Origin: Eledone cirrhosa
Taxonomy: Eukaryota
Assembly (NCBI GenBank): GCA_964016885.1
Contig: OZ024750.1
Span: 21,452,001-21,516,000, forward strand
Direction of reading: 5' to 3'
DNA: 64,000 nt
Position numbers and translations under genes: made by a program. Shown piece by piece: positions 1-13,225 of the stretch; position 1 is the stretch's first letter, and each line of letters starts with the position of its first letter. Under the pieces are notes generated by a model. It was not told where the DNA came from. It saw only the letters and a program-made list of their open reading frames with translations, and did no database searches.

Positions 1-329
1 ATGTGGTTGATGCTCTTCTCAATTGAAATTTGTTGAATATAGGGAAGAAAAGCAATTCCAGGGGATTTTTATAATAGTGAGAAAGGACATGCAGTATATT
101 TGAGAGTGGTTTAAGTGGAGAGTATGTCGGTGGTGACAGGAGATATCAGAGAATCCGATGAGCTTAAATGGAGTTAGCACGAGGCAATCTCTGAAATATG
201 GCAGCCTTTATAATGGTTTCTACTATGATTTCTAGTATAATGCTGGCCATAACGATACGGAAACTCTATAGATAATGAACACAATCACAAGGATATGGTC
301 CGAATGTGGAAGTGCCAACCATCCGCTGT

Positions 330-605
330 CATCGCCTCCGTCTCTGTCGCCCTCCACATCTATCTGTATGGTGAGAAAATGGGGTCCCACGTGCTGGCCT
401 CCCCAGAGCCCCGGCGGACAGAATGAAGAATGCGTTTCTCCGGAGAATTAGGGAGATGCGCTGGAAGAGCCATTCCAACTCGCGAGGCTCACATCTGCGG
501 CTGGCCAGCTCAGCGCCTATGGTGGTGAGTAGGGAGGTAGCCCTAGGGCCAAAGACACCAGAAGTTTCCACTGCCAAGTGCTCGACCGCAAACCTGTCGG
601 ATAGC
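330..605 (-). mobile_element. 3' fragment of CRE-clade (restriction-like endonuclease) non-LTR retrotransposon
   Basis: ORF 329..706(-) contains LAVETSGVFGPRATSLLTTIG..L..RRCEPRELEWLFQRISLILRRNA, matching the CRE C-terminal pattern A.ET.G..G......G..L......RE...L.QR.S....RGNA. Confidence 0.75.
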
Positions 606-1775
606 AATAGGAAAAGGCAGAGAAGAAAGCCTGTCTGTGGAAGTGATGTTGGAGTGTGCTGTAACACTTCTGAGAAAATATGAAAATTACGCTGAGAATT
701 ATGCAAGCTTTAATTTATTGAAATTCTAGAAACTATATTGCTATGTCACTATGAAGTGCGTGTTTTACCAAGTTATAGAAGTGAAAGTAATATCAATACC
801 TCAATTAGAGACAATTCATTTTCTACGAATAATCTATAATCATAGATGGGCCACAATCGCTACCATGTTATCAAAACAGAGTAGTAGCAGAATTAATACC
901 AACTTATTCACCATCATCTCCAATACATTACCAGCGGTATCCGAGCGATAAATAGTAGAATAACGAAGTGATTACAAATTCATTTAAACGTCTCAACAAC
1001 TATATTTTACTAAATAATAGACCGCAACGTATTACGAGGCAATCAAATTTGATTTCTGAACATTTTCGATTTCTTATGTGATTTTATGCGACAGAAGGTC
1101 AAATTCCATACCTTGGCTGATACTTTTGAATGCATAGGTCTTTTATTATGAGTTACTAATGGTTTTAGATATGTGAAAGACAGTCTTGAACTCTAAGGCC
1201 GTTTATTGTTAGTATGGTACTGCATCACGTCTAACACTTTGCCTACACAAGTATACGACAGACATAACGGGGAAATTTCTAAACACTCAAAGAAGCTAGT
1301 TAAGTAGATTGTTAGAAATCGATGGCAAAATGTGACGAGATAATACTGAAAGAGGACATAGAGTCTGGCAGTAGGACATATATACAGGCAAACTGTCATT
1401 CAGACATACTTGCCTTACGTTGAGATCAAAGAGTTGACATTATCATAGAATTGCTTGCACATGGATACCAAAATAGACTAACATTTTAGAATTCATTTGG
1501 AATTGAAAGTAAAATAGAGATTAACGATAGGAAAATAAAAGGAATGACTATTATCATATGTAAAGTGACTATTCGAGATATTGCTATTTTCAGAGTATAA
1601 TCACAGCTACTCTGTGTAATTACACCTTTTACCCTTCCATGTGTTCCAGCCGACTAGCTGAGGCCAAGCTGGGATACCATTATAAAGCATATTATCATAC
1701 AGTCCATTCATCTTGTAGTCGGTTGCTTTATCCAATAATGTACCGGCTTTCTCACAAGTGAAGCAAAAATAAATG

Positions 1776-1781
1776 TCATAT

Positions 1782-1866
<85 letters not shown>

Positions 1867-1948
1867 AGTTTATCCCGGGTTCAATCGGGGGTAACCACAG
1901 TAAGTAAGGTACTCAATACAAAGCAGAGTATAAATATTTAATATAGGA

Positions 1949-2025
<77 letters not shown>
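1776..2025. repeat. (TA)n/(GA)n microsatellite hosting tail fragments of HHR element family 2 (1870-1947, 2026-2050)
   Basis: CCCGGGTTCAATCGG..GGTAACCACAGTAAGTAAGGTACTCAATAC is the reverse complement of the tail at 23105-23165. Confidence 0.8.
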
Positions 2026-2027
<2 letters not shown>

Positions 2028-2319
2028 CCAGGTTCAATCGGCGGTAACCATATACTTATATACACATATATACATACATGTATATCGGTGTAAATAAGCT
2101 TCTACTAAAGCGGAATAAGAACCTTGTTATACATGTCGTGCACACCGTTCTTATAATGGTTACTAACTTAGATATGATTTGATCACACCATAAATTATGT
2201 TTAGCAAAACGAAATATGTTTATTATACCCAAGCGTATTGTATATGTAGTCATATACATTTTATTAGGAATTATATTGTGTTAGTATAATCACTTTTGTT
2301 ATATGTTTGAGGCATCATC

Positions 2320-2397
<78 letters not shown>

Positions 2398-2525
2398 AGG
2401 CAGTAAATTGACAGAGTCGTTAGTACGTCAGATATAATGCTTTGCAGTATTCAATCCCCGACTCTCTGCTCGTTTAGTTCAAATCCCGCCTATGGGATTT
2501 AAGGTCGATAAACAAGTCCCAGTCT
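2398..2525 (+). mobile_element. Diverged Octopus-type tRNA-derived SINE (5' part)
   Basis: B-box-like GTTCAAATCCCGCC and GGTCGATAAA core similar to the better copies. Confidence 0.55.
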
Positions 2526-2752
2526 ATTACCCGGAGATGTGCTCCGCCAGGTTTAAAAGATACCCTAGAATAGTTGTATGTCTATATGAGCCCATATCAC
2601 TCCCTCGGGAGTTATGGACCCATAACTCGCACCACCAACTAGACGACAAACGAAGACGGTTGAGTTGCTCTACGTTGAGTACTCTCCATATTATTACATC
2701 GAGATTGACCATACGGAATGACCAGCTCTATCCAGTGGTGAACCATCAAACC

Positions 2753-2828
<76 letters not shown>

Positions 2829-3548
2829 CATATATTTCTATCATATAGAAATATATTGTAGAAATATATTCAGAAGATCTTATCACTTATTAAGTATATT
2901 ACATTACCCCATGCTAACTATACTGATATATATTATATTTATAGATATAAATTATTATTTAAGTAAACATGGTCAGAAATGAAAATTATATAATCATCAA
3001 ATCGTATTTTCTGTATTGGACTGTAAAATTTTTAAAGCAAATAGTTTGTCGTAAAAGCTATCTGTATGAATATAAATCTTAATTGTCTGTCCACTAGCAA
3101 TCGTAGTCATAACTGGTTGTGTAAATTGTTGGCGTCAAAAGTATTATTCTGCTCAAATTAACATTTCTAACACAAACAATGATATTGCTTAGCAGTCAAT
3201 ATGTTTTAAAAAGCTAAAATGTCTCTCTTAACTATTGTACATTAATCATTATATTAAAACTGGAAATTGTAAGAAATATATTATAATTAACAAGAGAGAC
3301 TGAAGATCTTCACCTTAAACACTTTAAATATATAAGTGGCTGGCGTCCTATTAGAAGAGGAAATAATCCAAACGTTGGTAATTTATCAAGTTTAATGTCA
3401 AAACTTGAAATTTATAATGGGAAGCAGAGAAACTTGATAAACAACGAAGGCTATGTAATGACGTCCTCCTCGTTTCTGTTAAATATTCTACAGAAACTGA
3501 AGATGCTCGTTAGTTTTATTTTATTTCCATTGTATAATGGTAATAATT

Positions 3549-3721
3549 GTTTCTACTTTTGGCACAAGGCCAGCAATTACCCAGTACATTCTTGGTACTT
3601 TATTTTATCGACCCCGTAAGGATGAAAGGCAAAGTTAACCTCGGCGGATTTGAACTCAGACAGCAAAGGGACGTAACTCTAAGCGGGAAAGCATGGCGTC
3701 CGATACCGATACCACCACCCT
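3549..3721 (-). mobile_element. Octopus-type tRNA-derived SINE
   Basis: Near-identical to 30074-30255 and 54835-55021; reverse complement has B box GAGTTCAAATCC and core TTTGCCTTTCATCCTTACGGGGTCGATAAAATAAAAGTACCA. Confidence 0.9.
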
Positions 3722-5384
3722 TAATAGTTCATAACAATCCCAGTAGTTAATAACGGGAACGCAAAGGGCCATAACTAGGCTGCAAAGCATGGTGTCTGAC
3801 GCTCTACCGATGGCGTCAAAAATCCTTTAAATTGAATGAATGTTTATAGCTACACTAATCGTTCATTGACTTATACACTAAGATTTTAAAGGGGTTCACT
3901 GAAAAGATGCCTTTAAAGTTGATCTGACAACAGAATCAGATGGAAACAGTTTACTCGGTCAGATCTAAAAAATTGGCTCTTTTGCCTATATTTTGACATT
4001 ACTATTTACATATCTCATAAAATGCAATGTAATCAAAAAACTAATGAGTGAAGACAATAACCAGATACAACAGACATCAGTAAATCTTACTCTGTAGGAC
4101 TTTTAAATGTTGTCTTATATCTTATGTATTTTTTATTTCATCCCCTGTTGCCCTTATGTTACCTTATGTTATATTTCAATCATTGTTTTGTGTTTTATTG
4201 CTCTTTTTGGGAGCATTTTAGTGTTGTTGTGGTAAAAAATATTTGGTTTTAGTTATTTATTTATTTTTTTTCCTGTTGGGAGGAGTGATAGCTAAACGGA
4301 CTAAGAGTTCGTAGTGTGGAATCGATAAAGTAAACCAGCCAATAGGGATTACATACGATATAAGTGTCCCGCCTATTAGAATAAACTGCTGACTATGAGC
4401 TATAAAACTTTCTGTGCAACACACAATTCATGCTAGCGTGAACACATTTTTCCCTCTTTGCTTCCTCTATTACTTTTTTTCTTTTTCATTTCATCGTTTT
4501 ATTTTCCCCAGTGAAACGAAAATATATTGTTTTACTGCCCAAAGTTGAATGTTTCATTTGTGTCTGGTTTTTTTGTGTGTATTTCTTGTTGTTTCTTTGG
4601 CTTAGTTTTGTTTTATCCTTCAATTTTTTTCACAGTAAATTTCCCTCTGTGTAACAACCTATAACTAATAATTTTTTTTTTATTTTTTCGTTTTCACTGC
4701 TGGAAAATAAAGTTAAAATCACCGAAAGAGTGTGTGGGAGTGGGGAAGTGGCTTTAGATATCACATAAACTACTTTGTAATAATGTACTTATTTCTCGTC
4801 AACGTTATAATGCTTGTTTTTCTTTAGCCCTAGGTCGGTCCTGATGAAATTAACTTAGGATCAAAAACGTTGTTTTCGTTGATAAGGTTCATACTTTTGT
4901 GTGTTTAATCTATCTCTTGTGATGTTGAATCTCATATGTCTTTTGGTTAATGGTTTATAAATCAATGACATTCCAACTATGAATATTCTATAACTAGTAC
5001 TATGCTAGCCATTCTCTCCCTCTCTTTCTGAAACAACAGGGTGTGATTTTACGGATATACTGGTTTCTATGTTGGATGAAGTATATCCAACAATACTATA
5101 ATATATTTATTAAAGTTGAAACCGAAATATATTACATAAATATTTGTCAACGCACGATTAAACATATCGTCTATGTCCCTTAAACTTCATAATGGAGCCC
5201 ATAGGTAGCTACCCATATATTGAGGATATAGATACATGTTTATTTTTAAAATAAAATTTAGTAAGCAAAAGTGAAAATGGGGAAACAAAAGGAAAGAAAG
5301 AAAGAATAGGGAAATGTAGAAAAAAAAGAAAAAAAGAAAGAAAAGAGCGGGAAAGGGGTAGGCGATGACAAGAGCTCTGGTGTC

Positions 5385-5540
5385 GCAGAAGAGACGTGAG
5401 GGGTGAAGGAGAGGGCCGAGGGCAGAAGTGCTGCGCCCTACTGACAAGACGGCAAAGGCATTCCCCCGCGCGGTGGCCAGTGACACCTGCTGCAACAGCC
5501 ATGCAATCTCGCGGGGCTCCCTCCTCAGACGGGCCACCGA
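5385..5540 (-). mobile_element. Second CRE-clade LINE 3' fragment
   Basis: ARLRREPREIAWLLQQVSLATARGNAFAVL matches the CRE terminal QR.S....RGNA motif and is homologous to 330-605. Confidence 0.7.
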
Positions 5541-5574
5541 CGCTTCGATCTTGCGGGGGAGTTTGGTATATTAT

Positions 5575-5895
5575 TCTTTCTAACATTTGCACAAGGCCAA
5601 AAATTTGAAGGGAAGTGAATAGTCGGTTAAATCCGGCCTTGTGTGTTACTGGTGCTTTATTTTATCGACCCCGTACAGAAGAAAGACAAAGCTAACTTAG
5701 GTGAGATTTGAAATCAAAACGTAGAAGGTCGGGACTATATTGCAAAGTGTTTTTACTACTCTCTTCAGATTTTGCAATCTACCGCCATGGCAAAGTTAAC
5801 ATCGGGGGGATTGGAACTCAGACTGTAAAGGGACGTAACTCTATGCTACAAAGTATGGTGTCCGACCCTCTACCGATACTGCCAATCCTTGGCCG
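5575..5895 (-). mobile_element. Two tandem, partly diverged copies of the Octopus-type SINE
   Basis: CACAAGGCC, TTTATCGACCCCG, GATTTGAAATCA / GATTGGAACTCAGA, GGGACGTAACTCTATGC segments. Confidence 0.8.
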
Positions 5896-6159
5896 TGAGA
5901 ATATTATAATGATAATCAGATAGTTGGAATCAAACTGTTCATATAGTGACAGTGATACTGCGAGATCATCATAAACTCAGTATCATACAGTAATACTCCT
6001 AAGTGAGAGTTGTATAGTGATCAATATGTACCGTGCTTAATATAATCGTCTAAATCAAGACGATACCCTAGCATAACCCTTGTCTATTAAAAAGACTAGG
6101 ATAGAAAAGGCAGAAATACTTGAAAACAACAATGAAATTGTATATCTGAGCGTATTTAC

Positions 6160-6211
<52 letters not shown>

Positions 6212-6552
6212 ATGCAGTTTATGGATTTTCATAAATCAATAGGTTGTATGGATATCCAGATCTAATATTTTGGGGCTGACCAAATTTTTTCTGGTACAGA
6301 AAAGATAGTATAATCAATATTCGTCTCGTTTTTTTTTTTTGTTTTTTTTTCCAATGCAGTTTTTTTATGATTACATACCAAATTGTTCTTATTGCACATC
6401 GTGCGAGTAGATATTGGCAATTGATATCTCTGTATATGCAGTATTCATTGCATGACTTACATGTGATTAGGATGAAAAGAAATTATCATGTCCATAATTT
6501 AATTAATATAACCGCAGGAGGCGTTGCATATTTACGTTTTTTTTTGTTTGTG

Positions 6553-6668
<116 letters not shown>

Positions 6669-6829
6669 GTGTGTTTGTGTGAATTTGACGGGTGTAAGAA
6701 TCAGTACTCAATACTAAAATAGAATTTCAGAACGCAGCCGATTTTTTCCAAAGAAATATATAAAAGTATGATAGAAAGGGTGCAAGAAAGATATATATAT
6801 AGAAGAAAAATTTATCCCAACATTGAACT

Positions 6830-7310
6830 GTTATGTTGTTTATCGACTTCGAACTAATATTGCTTCATATAGACCACGGTGGGATTTGAATTCAACACAA
6901 AGAGCCGGTGAGATTACTGACTCTCATACGACGCTCTAACAAGTCTCTCAACTCACGCACTAGGCAACTATTTATGATCAAACCTGAAAATATTATATGT
7001 CAATTTTACATAGAGCGAAGAGAAGAGCTGGAAGAAATAGGATAAAACAATCTAGCCAACGTTTGGTAAAGTAAACCAGAGGGTGATTTGAACTCAGAGC
7101 GCAAAACGCCGGAACAAATAATGCATTTCCTTCGATGCTCTAACAAATCCTCTAATCCAACACCCTTGGAACCTGTATGAGATCTAACCCACATAGATGA
7201 AAGGTACTGTTGGTCGGTATTTCATCTCCAAGCGCGGTGAGTCGGTTCAAAGAACACAAAGCATTTTTTTCCGGCATTCTGATAAATCTGCCATTTCTCC
7301 GCCTTAATAA
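6830..7310 (-). mobile_element. Cluster of old, diverged SINE remnants
   Basis: Repeated GATTTGAA(C/T)TCA and GCTCTAAC motifs. Confidence 0.5.
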
Positions 7311-8318
7311 TCAAATAAAACGTTGGAAATAAAAAGCAAATTCTGTAGAAATATTGATTAAACTATCTCGTTAGTTTGAAGTAGCAGTTGTCTGTTTCTT
7401 AGAGCGTTCGTGCCATTGGCAAAGCGCCTGTGTTTTTTCTGATATTTTTTCAGCCATTACACAAATGAGCACACTGCTATAATTTGGTGCAATTGGCAGC
7501 GATACAGACTCTGTCTTCTCCCTCGCTTCTCATACCAATTTTATTGTTCGTTTGGTTATATATATATATATATATATATGCACACACATACATTTAAATA
7601 TATACATACTGATATATATATATACTGATATATATATATATATATGTAGGTATGTATATATGTATGTATATGTTTATACACACACACATATATATGTATT
7701 CACATAGATGCACATAAATAGGTGTGACTGTGTGTGTGACTATATGAGTGTGAATACCTTCTTTGTATGTGAATAATTCAGTATTTATGAATAGGTATGC
7801 AAACAATCGACAAATGAAGTATGGCGATATTCACACGATTTCATAATTTTATACTAAATATGTATTATTTTTTCTATCTTTTATTTGAGAAATTATGCAT
7901 TTGTGGAGTATTTTCGCGTGTGTTATGTTTTCTAAAAGTATATATATATATTACATAATACACGAAATTAGAACTTGGCTATCTGAAAATATTTCGCCTC
8001 AAGGTCTATATAATTCAGAGCAGTAAGAAAACAATGATAGTCTTATTGCCCTAAAGCAAAGAGAAATTCCGTTTGAAATAACATACAAACTGGAAGGTTT
8101 TATATTTAAATCCAGTGGAATAATTTCTTACAGAAATTTTCTGTAAACGTGCTTCGGATTCAACAGAGCTAGAAAGGTTATGAAGAAATAAGTAAAATAA
8201 TGCTATATGACCATCTTTCATACACTGGTGTACTGTTAGTACCTCTTTCAACTTTTATCACAATAGGTTTATACATTATTCAATTCTATAAACGTTTAGT
8301 ATATTCGTGAATACACAA

Positions 8319-8369
<51 letters not shown>

Positions 8370-8373
<4 letters not shown>

Positions 8374-8555
8374 AACACGTTTAACCCCGATGGCAGAGCT
8401 CAAGCCGTTTCCTATTGCCCACTCTACTACCCTAGGTATTGAGTACTCTGGTGCGTTATGGTCCATCTGGTTCCTTACCACACTTCCTTCGTTATATATA
8501 GTAACAGTAATAAATGTGAAGACTAACATCCGAAGAGAGCTCGATAAGGATAATA
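8370..8555. mobile_element. Short PLE-derived element, family 1 (inverted HHR 3' half plus tail)
   Basis: 8370-8411 is the reverse complement of GAAACGGCTTGAGCTC..GGGGT..TTCCT; 8411-8500 matches the tail at 40695-40780. Confidence 0.8.
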
Positions 8556-8596
8556 TACATATATAAAAATATATAAAAAGCGTACAGCAAATATTT

Positions 8597-8647
8597 AGTT
8601 TCAGAAGATCCCGTTGAGGGCAAAAGCAGCGATTCTTTGCTTAAACT
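8597..8647 (+). ncRNA. Hammerhead-like motif with CAGAAGA core (GAAA mutated to AAAA in this copy)
   Basis: AGTTT-CAGAAGA-TCCC GTTGA GGGC-AAAA-GCA..TGC-TT-AAACT: stems I, II and III pair; homolog at 40126-40176. Confidence 0.55.
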
Positions 8648-8688
8648 TACTTTAATCTGTTATTTTAATATATATACATATATATATA

Positions 8689-8775
<87 letters not shown>

Positions 8776-8782
<7 letters not shown>

Positions 8783-9420
8783 TACGGCTTAATACGGGAT
8801 GTTTGTTTACAAACACACCGAGCATTATAATAAATGTTCGGTGAATCCATACGTGCATATATATATGTGTCCATGTATGTATATATATACATACTACTGT
8901 ACGTCGGTATACATATGTGTATGTACGTGTACATACTTATATTTAAGTAACAGCCGTACTAAGAGTGGGAAATGAAATATCGTTTCATTTTTTTCCGTTT
9001 ATCGTTTTCGGTGCACCCGGCCGATTAACCCACTCGATATGCAAATTGGGCTACTCAGCCGTTAATATGCATAAGGTAAGTATATACGTTCAACAATCTG
9101 GCAGGAAGGTATACGTTGCTGACGATAGCTAACAAGCTTGAAACTAGTACAGCGTTCCTTTGTCAGTGTTGAACAAACGAGCAACGGTGGTTGCTAGACA
9201 CTACGGCTTAATATGGGATGTTTGTTTACAAACACACCGAGCATTATAATAAATGTTCGGTGAATCCATACGTGCATATATATATGTGTCCATGTATGTA
9301 TATATATACATACTACTGTACGTCGGTATACATATGTGTATGTACGTGTGCATACTTATATTTAAGTAACAGCCGTACTAAGAGTGGGAAATGAAATATC
9401 GTTTCATTTTTTCCGTTTAT
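8776..9420 (+). mobile_element. Non-coding retrozyme-like element: about 1.5 tandem copies of a ~419-bp unit containing one HHR (family 5)
   Basis: 8776-9002 is repeated almost identically at 9195-9420; HHR at 9113-9155; no meaningful ORF; both ends abut (TA)n. Confidence 0.8.
9113..9155 (+). ncRNA. Minimal type I hammerhead ribozyme, predicted cleavage after GUA at 9149
   Basis: ACGTTG-CTGACGA-T AGCT AACA AGCT T-GAAA-CTAG-TA-CAGCGT; palindromic ACTAGT at stem III; stem I extends via GTTCAACA..CTGGCA / TGTCAG.TGTTGAAC. Confidence 0.85.
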
Positions 9421-9544
9421 ATATATATATATATATAATATATATATATAATATATATATATGTGTGTATATAGTGAATGGTCGTGGCTTAGTGGTTAGA
9501 GAATTGGATTCGTAATCGTGAGGTTGTGAGGTAGATTCTGGTGT

Positions 9545-9680
9545 AGGACAGAACAAAGGAGAGATACAAAATAAATGCTCAGTCACTGATATGGTCACAG
9601 AATGTGTGACGAAAGAACTGTGAAAACCAACAGGTGTGTGTGATTTTATTGGCAGCATGACCCTCCCAAAGAATAACAAT
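9545..9680 (+). mobile_element. Short PLE-derived element, family 4, with degenerate HHR (9581-9622)
   Basis: AGTCA-CTGATAT-G GTCACA GAATG TGTGAC-GAAA-GAAC; ends in ATGACCCTCCCAAAGAATAACAA then (TA)n, like 19830-19855 and 38340-38362. Confidence 0.7.
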
Positions 9681-9774
9681 ATATATATATATGCGTGTGT
9701 GTCTGTGTGTGTTATGAGTGTGTGTAAAATTGTTGTATCTCCGTCTTTTTTGGTGACACATGTTCGAACTCACG

Positions 9775-9996
9775 AACATCCTGCTTCAGAATTTAAGACG
9801 CAAATAGTTGAGCATTCCATAGACATGCGTACTTTTAACGTATTACTAAAGCATATTCAGCGTTAGAATGCTAATCAGTTGTATTAAAGGTTCAATTCGT
9901 TTTGGCAGTTGAGTTAACTGGACCAAGATGAAATAAAAATCCTTGCTGAAGGCCAAGACGCACTCTCAGTTATGAAACTCACGACCTAAGCCACCC
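9775..9996 (-). mobile_element. Diverged second Octopus-type SINE family
   Basis: GAGCATTCCATAGACATGCGTAC..TTAACGTA..ATTCAGCG similar to 43545-43830; GAAACTCACGACC..TAAGCCAC head remnant. Confidence 0.5.
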
Positions 9997-10916
9997 AGTT
10001 TTAAGATATGTTATACATATAATATATATGTTTCTATAAATATATGTTTTTGTAAGTATATGTAAATACATATAAATACTATATATCATATATTACACCC
10101 ACAGACGCACGCAAATATACATTTTTTTATGCAATTTATATACCATACAAATACATATACGTTTATACATACACACGCGCACACGTTTATATATATATAT
10201 ATATCTTTGTTTGATATACGGTTGCATTTGCAAGAATAGTATATCTGAAACCGATTACTCATTTTTGTTACGAGACTGTACATTTGCAGTAATATATTTT
10301 CCGAGAAGAAACAAAGCAAATATTATCAACCCATCCATGTGTATCACCTTCTTAGCGGCAATTGCAGAATAATAGTTTCTGTGTATTTTTATTCCTGATA
10401 CGATTTCCTATTTATGTTTTTTGTATATCTATTCATGTGAAATATCCGTGCTACATCCCTATGTGGAAACAGGGAAAAACTAAATATGTTCAATGTTAAG
10501 GGCTGTGAAGTTTAGTACAACTGCTGTTATGCAATTCAATATATGTGTGTGTGTTTGTATGTGAATATGTGCATAGTGTGTATATATGTACGTGTTCTAT
10601 ATGTACATGTTATGGTCTTGTCTTTTACTCCTTGGGTTGGAACTGCCAGCACTCCATCGCGACGGCTGAAGAGCTTCGATATCTGCCTTTTGTTCGTATT
10701 TTTATTTAAGGTTTCCCATTCAATGTTTTTTTTTTATTTTGGCCTTGTTTTCGTTCGTTGTCTTCAAATTAATAGTAATCCGCAAGTTTGTGGATTGTCT
10801 CTCTGTTGAGCACTGGTCGCTGGTCTCTGTACTCTGAGGGCATCGCTCTCTTTGACAGCATACGTCTGTTTTCTTACGTTTTATATGAATATATGTAATA
10901 TATATATATATATATT

Positions 10917-10992
10917 TGCCAGGAGGTGCTATTAAGTTAGACATGGTCTGGGATAATACTGGCCGAAACCTAGCAAAGTTAATCAAGTTATA
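10917..10992 (+). mobile_element. 3' UTR/tail of CR1-group LINE
   Basis: Near-identical to the reverse complement of 20650-20725 (GCCAGG.GGTGCTATTAAGTTAGACATGG...AAAGTTA). Confidence 0.8.
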
Positions 10993-10997
10993 TATAG

Positions 10998-11650
10998 TAA
11001 GGACCGGATGGGAGGCGTTCAACGGCATAAGGGATGTGCTCAATGGGAGGTTGGTCAAGACCACCCGCGCCAACCTCTTCAATAGCACAGTTTTACCTGC
11101 AATGTTATATGGCAGTGAAACTTGGGCTACAACGAAGAGAGAAGAGCAGAGGCTGGTAACGACTCAAAGAGCCATGGGGAGATCAATGCTAGGAATCTTG
11201 TTGAGAGAGCACATCAGGAGCGAAGTCATCCAACAGAAGTCCGGTGTGAGGGACGTCATCACGGAATATAATCCGCAGCAAGTTCAGATGGGCTGGACAC
11301 GTCGCCCGGTTCACCGATAATCGGTGGACTCGCGCAGTTGCCGAGTGGTACCCGCGCGAGCCGAAACGACCACTCGGAAGGCCTCCACGAGGGTGGAGTT
11401 ACGATTTTAAGAATACGATTGGGAATACATGGATGAGGAAAGCACGTTCCAGAGAGGAATGGACGGCGTGCTGTGACCAGCGGCGTGCTGTGACCAGCGG
11501 CGTGCTGTGACCAGCGGCGTGCTGTGACCAGCGGCGTGCTGTGACCAGCGGCGTGCTGTGACCAGCGGCGTGCTGTGACCAGCGGCGTGCTGTGACCAGC
11601 GGCGCTGAATGGAAGCCCGACAGACTGGTCGGTCAAGGTGATCAAGGTGA
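10998..11650 (+). mobile_element. 5'-truncated RTE-clade LINE, RT C-terminal region plus 3' tail
   Basis: LFNSTVLPAMLYGSETW..QRAMGRSMLG; after a frameshift RWAGHVARFTDNRWT..W.PR..KRP.GRP; tail (TCAAGGTGA)2. Confidence 0.9.
11464..11604. repeat. Perfect 17-bp minisatellite (CGGCGTGCTGTGACCAG) x8 plus CGGCG
   Basis: Eight identical contiguous units read directly, no spacers. Confidence 0.95.
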
Positions 11651-11814
11651 TATATATATATATATATATATATGCAGAAGTGCAGTAAATCCGAAATAAA
11701 AACTGGTAAGAGAACAAAAGTCAGCACTCGATGCAGAGTGTGTGAATATATATATGTATAAATATATAAATATATATATATTAATATATATATATATATA
11801 TATATATAGTATAA

Positions 11815-11893
<79 letters not shown>

Positions 11894-11894
11894 C

Positions 11895-11928
<34 letters not shown>

Positions 11929-12052
11929 TAATATATTAATATATATATATATTAATATATATATATAAATATATATCGCCGTATTTTGACTACAGAAATC
12001 GCTCTCTATGACAATATACGTCTGTTTTCTTACATGCATTGTGTTCATGGGA

Positions 12053-12100
<48 letters not shown>

Positions 12101-12677
12101 GTGTGTGCAGTTAGTGGTATAGCAACATCAGTAGTAGTACTAGTTGTTTTTCTTGAATTAGTAGTAGCAGATATTCTGTCATCTCAATGTAGTTTTATGT
12201 ATCCCATCGTGATGTTACTAGCTTAACGTAACATAACAGGTTTCACCAAATAATTCAGTTTTCAATTGCGGTTAAATTAGATAGTAATATTTTGTCACAC
12301 TAATAAGACATAACTATAGATGTAAACCGCTGTCTTTTATTAGATTTCGTTTATTTTAACTATGGTAATTAGTGTTATTCTTTACTTATTGGTTATAGAC
12401 CGCGCTATAGGAAAGGAATAATGATGGAAATAGCTCCCTGTTCTTATTATCTTTGCCTCATCATATGTATTCTAAAACACATTTATTGTTGTTTCCTTAA
12501 TACTATTGTAAATGATGGAATATGATATTTTGCATACAATTTGCATTAGAAATCGAGATGTTTTATATTGATTTATTCATGCCAGTTTAATATTTTAATA
12601 GATATATATATGTGTATGTGTGTGTGTGAGAGAATTTCTTATATCTAAAGATATACGGTATGTTTAGTACTGCTAGA

Positions 12678-12740
<63 letters not shown>

Positions 12741-12902
12741 TTACTTGTCGCTGATCTATCAAGATCGATGATGCTGGGATATCATATGTATTTTATCTGA
12801 TGAGAGCATGCTCTGATTTATGTTACACATACATTTTTGCATCCCCGAAATATATATAATGAAATAAATAGTGACGATATAAAGTATATATCTTTCCTTT
12901 AT

Positions 12903-13080
12903 TGGCCGTATCGGTAGAGGGTCAGACGCCATGCTTTGAGGCATAGAGTTACGTCCCTTTATGATCTGAGTTCAAATCTCGCCGAGGTTAACTTTGCCGT
13001 TCATCCTTACGGGGTCAAGAAAATAAAGTACCAGTAATGTACTGCTTAATTGCTGTCCTTGTGCCTAAAGTAGAAACAAT
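12903..13080 (+). mobile_element. Octopus-type tRNA-derived SINE
   Basis: A-box-like TGGCCGTATCGG, B box GAGTTCAAATCT, core CATCCTTACGGGGTC, end GTGCCTAAAGTAGAAACAAT(TAT)n. Confidence 0.9.
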
Positions 13081-13174
13081 TATTATAATACTCCAGATAA
13101 ATATTATCAGTTGAGTGTTTCGTATCTGCTATACTCATAAGTCGGTTGATTACATATCAACTAAGTCTTTAACT

Positions 13175-13222
<48 letters not shown>

Positions 13223-13225
13223 ATT

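Noticed and set aside
146-196. CCGATGA within a TCAGAGA/TCTCTGA hairpin as a hammerhead
   Set aside because: No GAAA and no properly placed cleavage triplet
9478-9545. tRNA-like sequence (TGGCTTAGTGGTTAG...)
   Set aside because: A box present but the T arm and acceptor stem are broken; degenerate SINE head
11464-11604. CRISPR-like repeat array
   Set aside because: Contiguous identical units with no spacers, eukaryotic context, no cas genes
12797-12830. CTGATGA followed by GAGCATGCTC palindrome
   Set aside because: No GAAA or stem I/III; CTGATGA at 4842 and 60164 likewise lacks the rest of the fold
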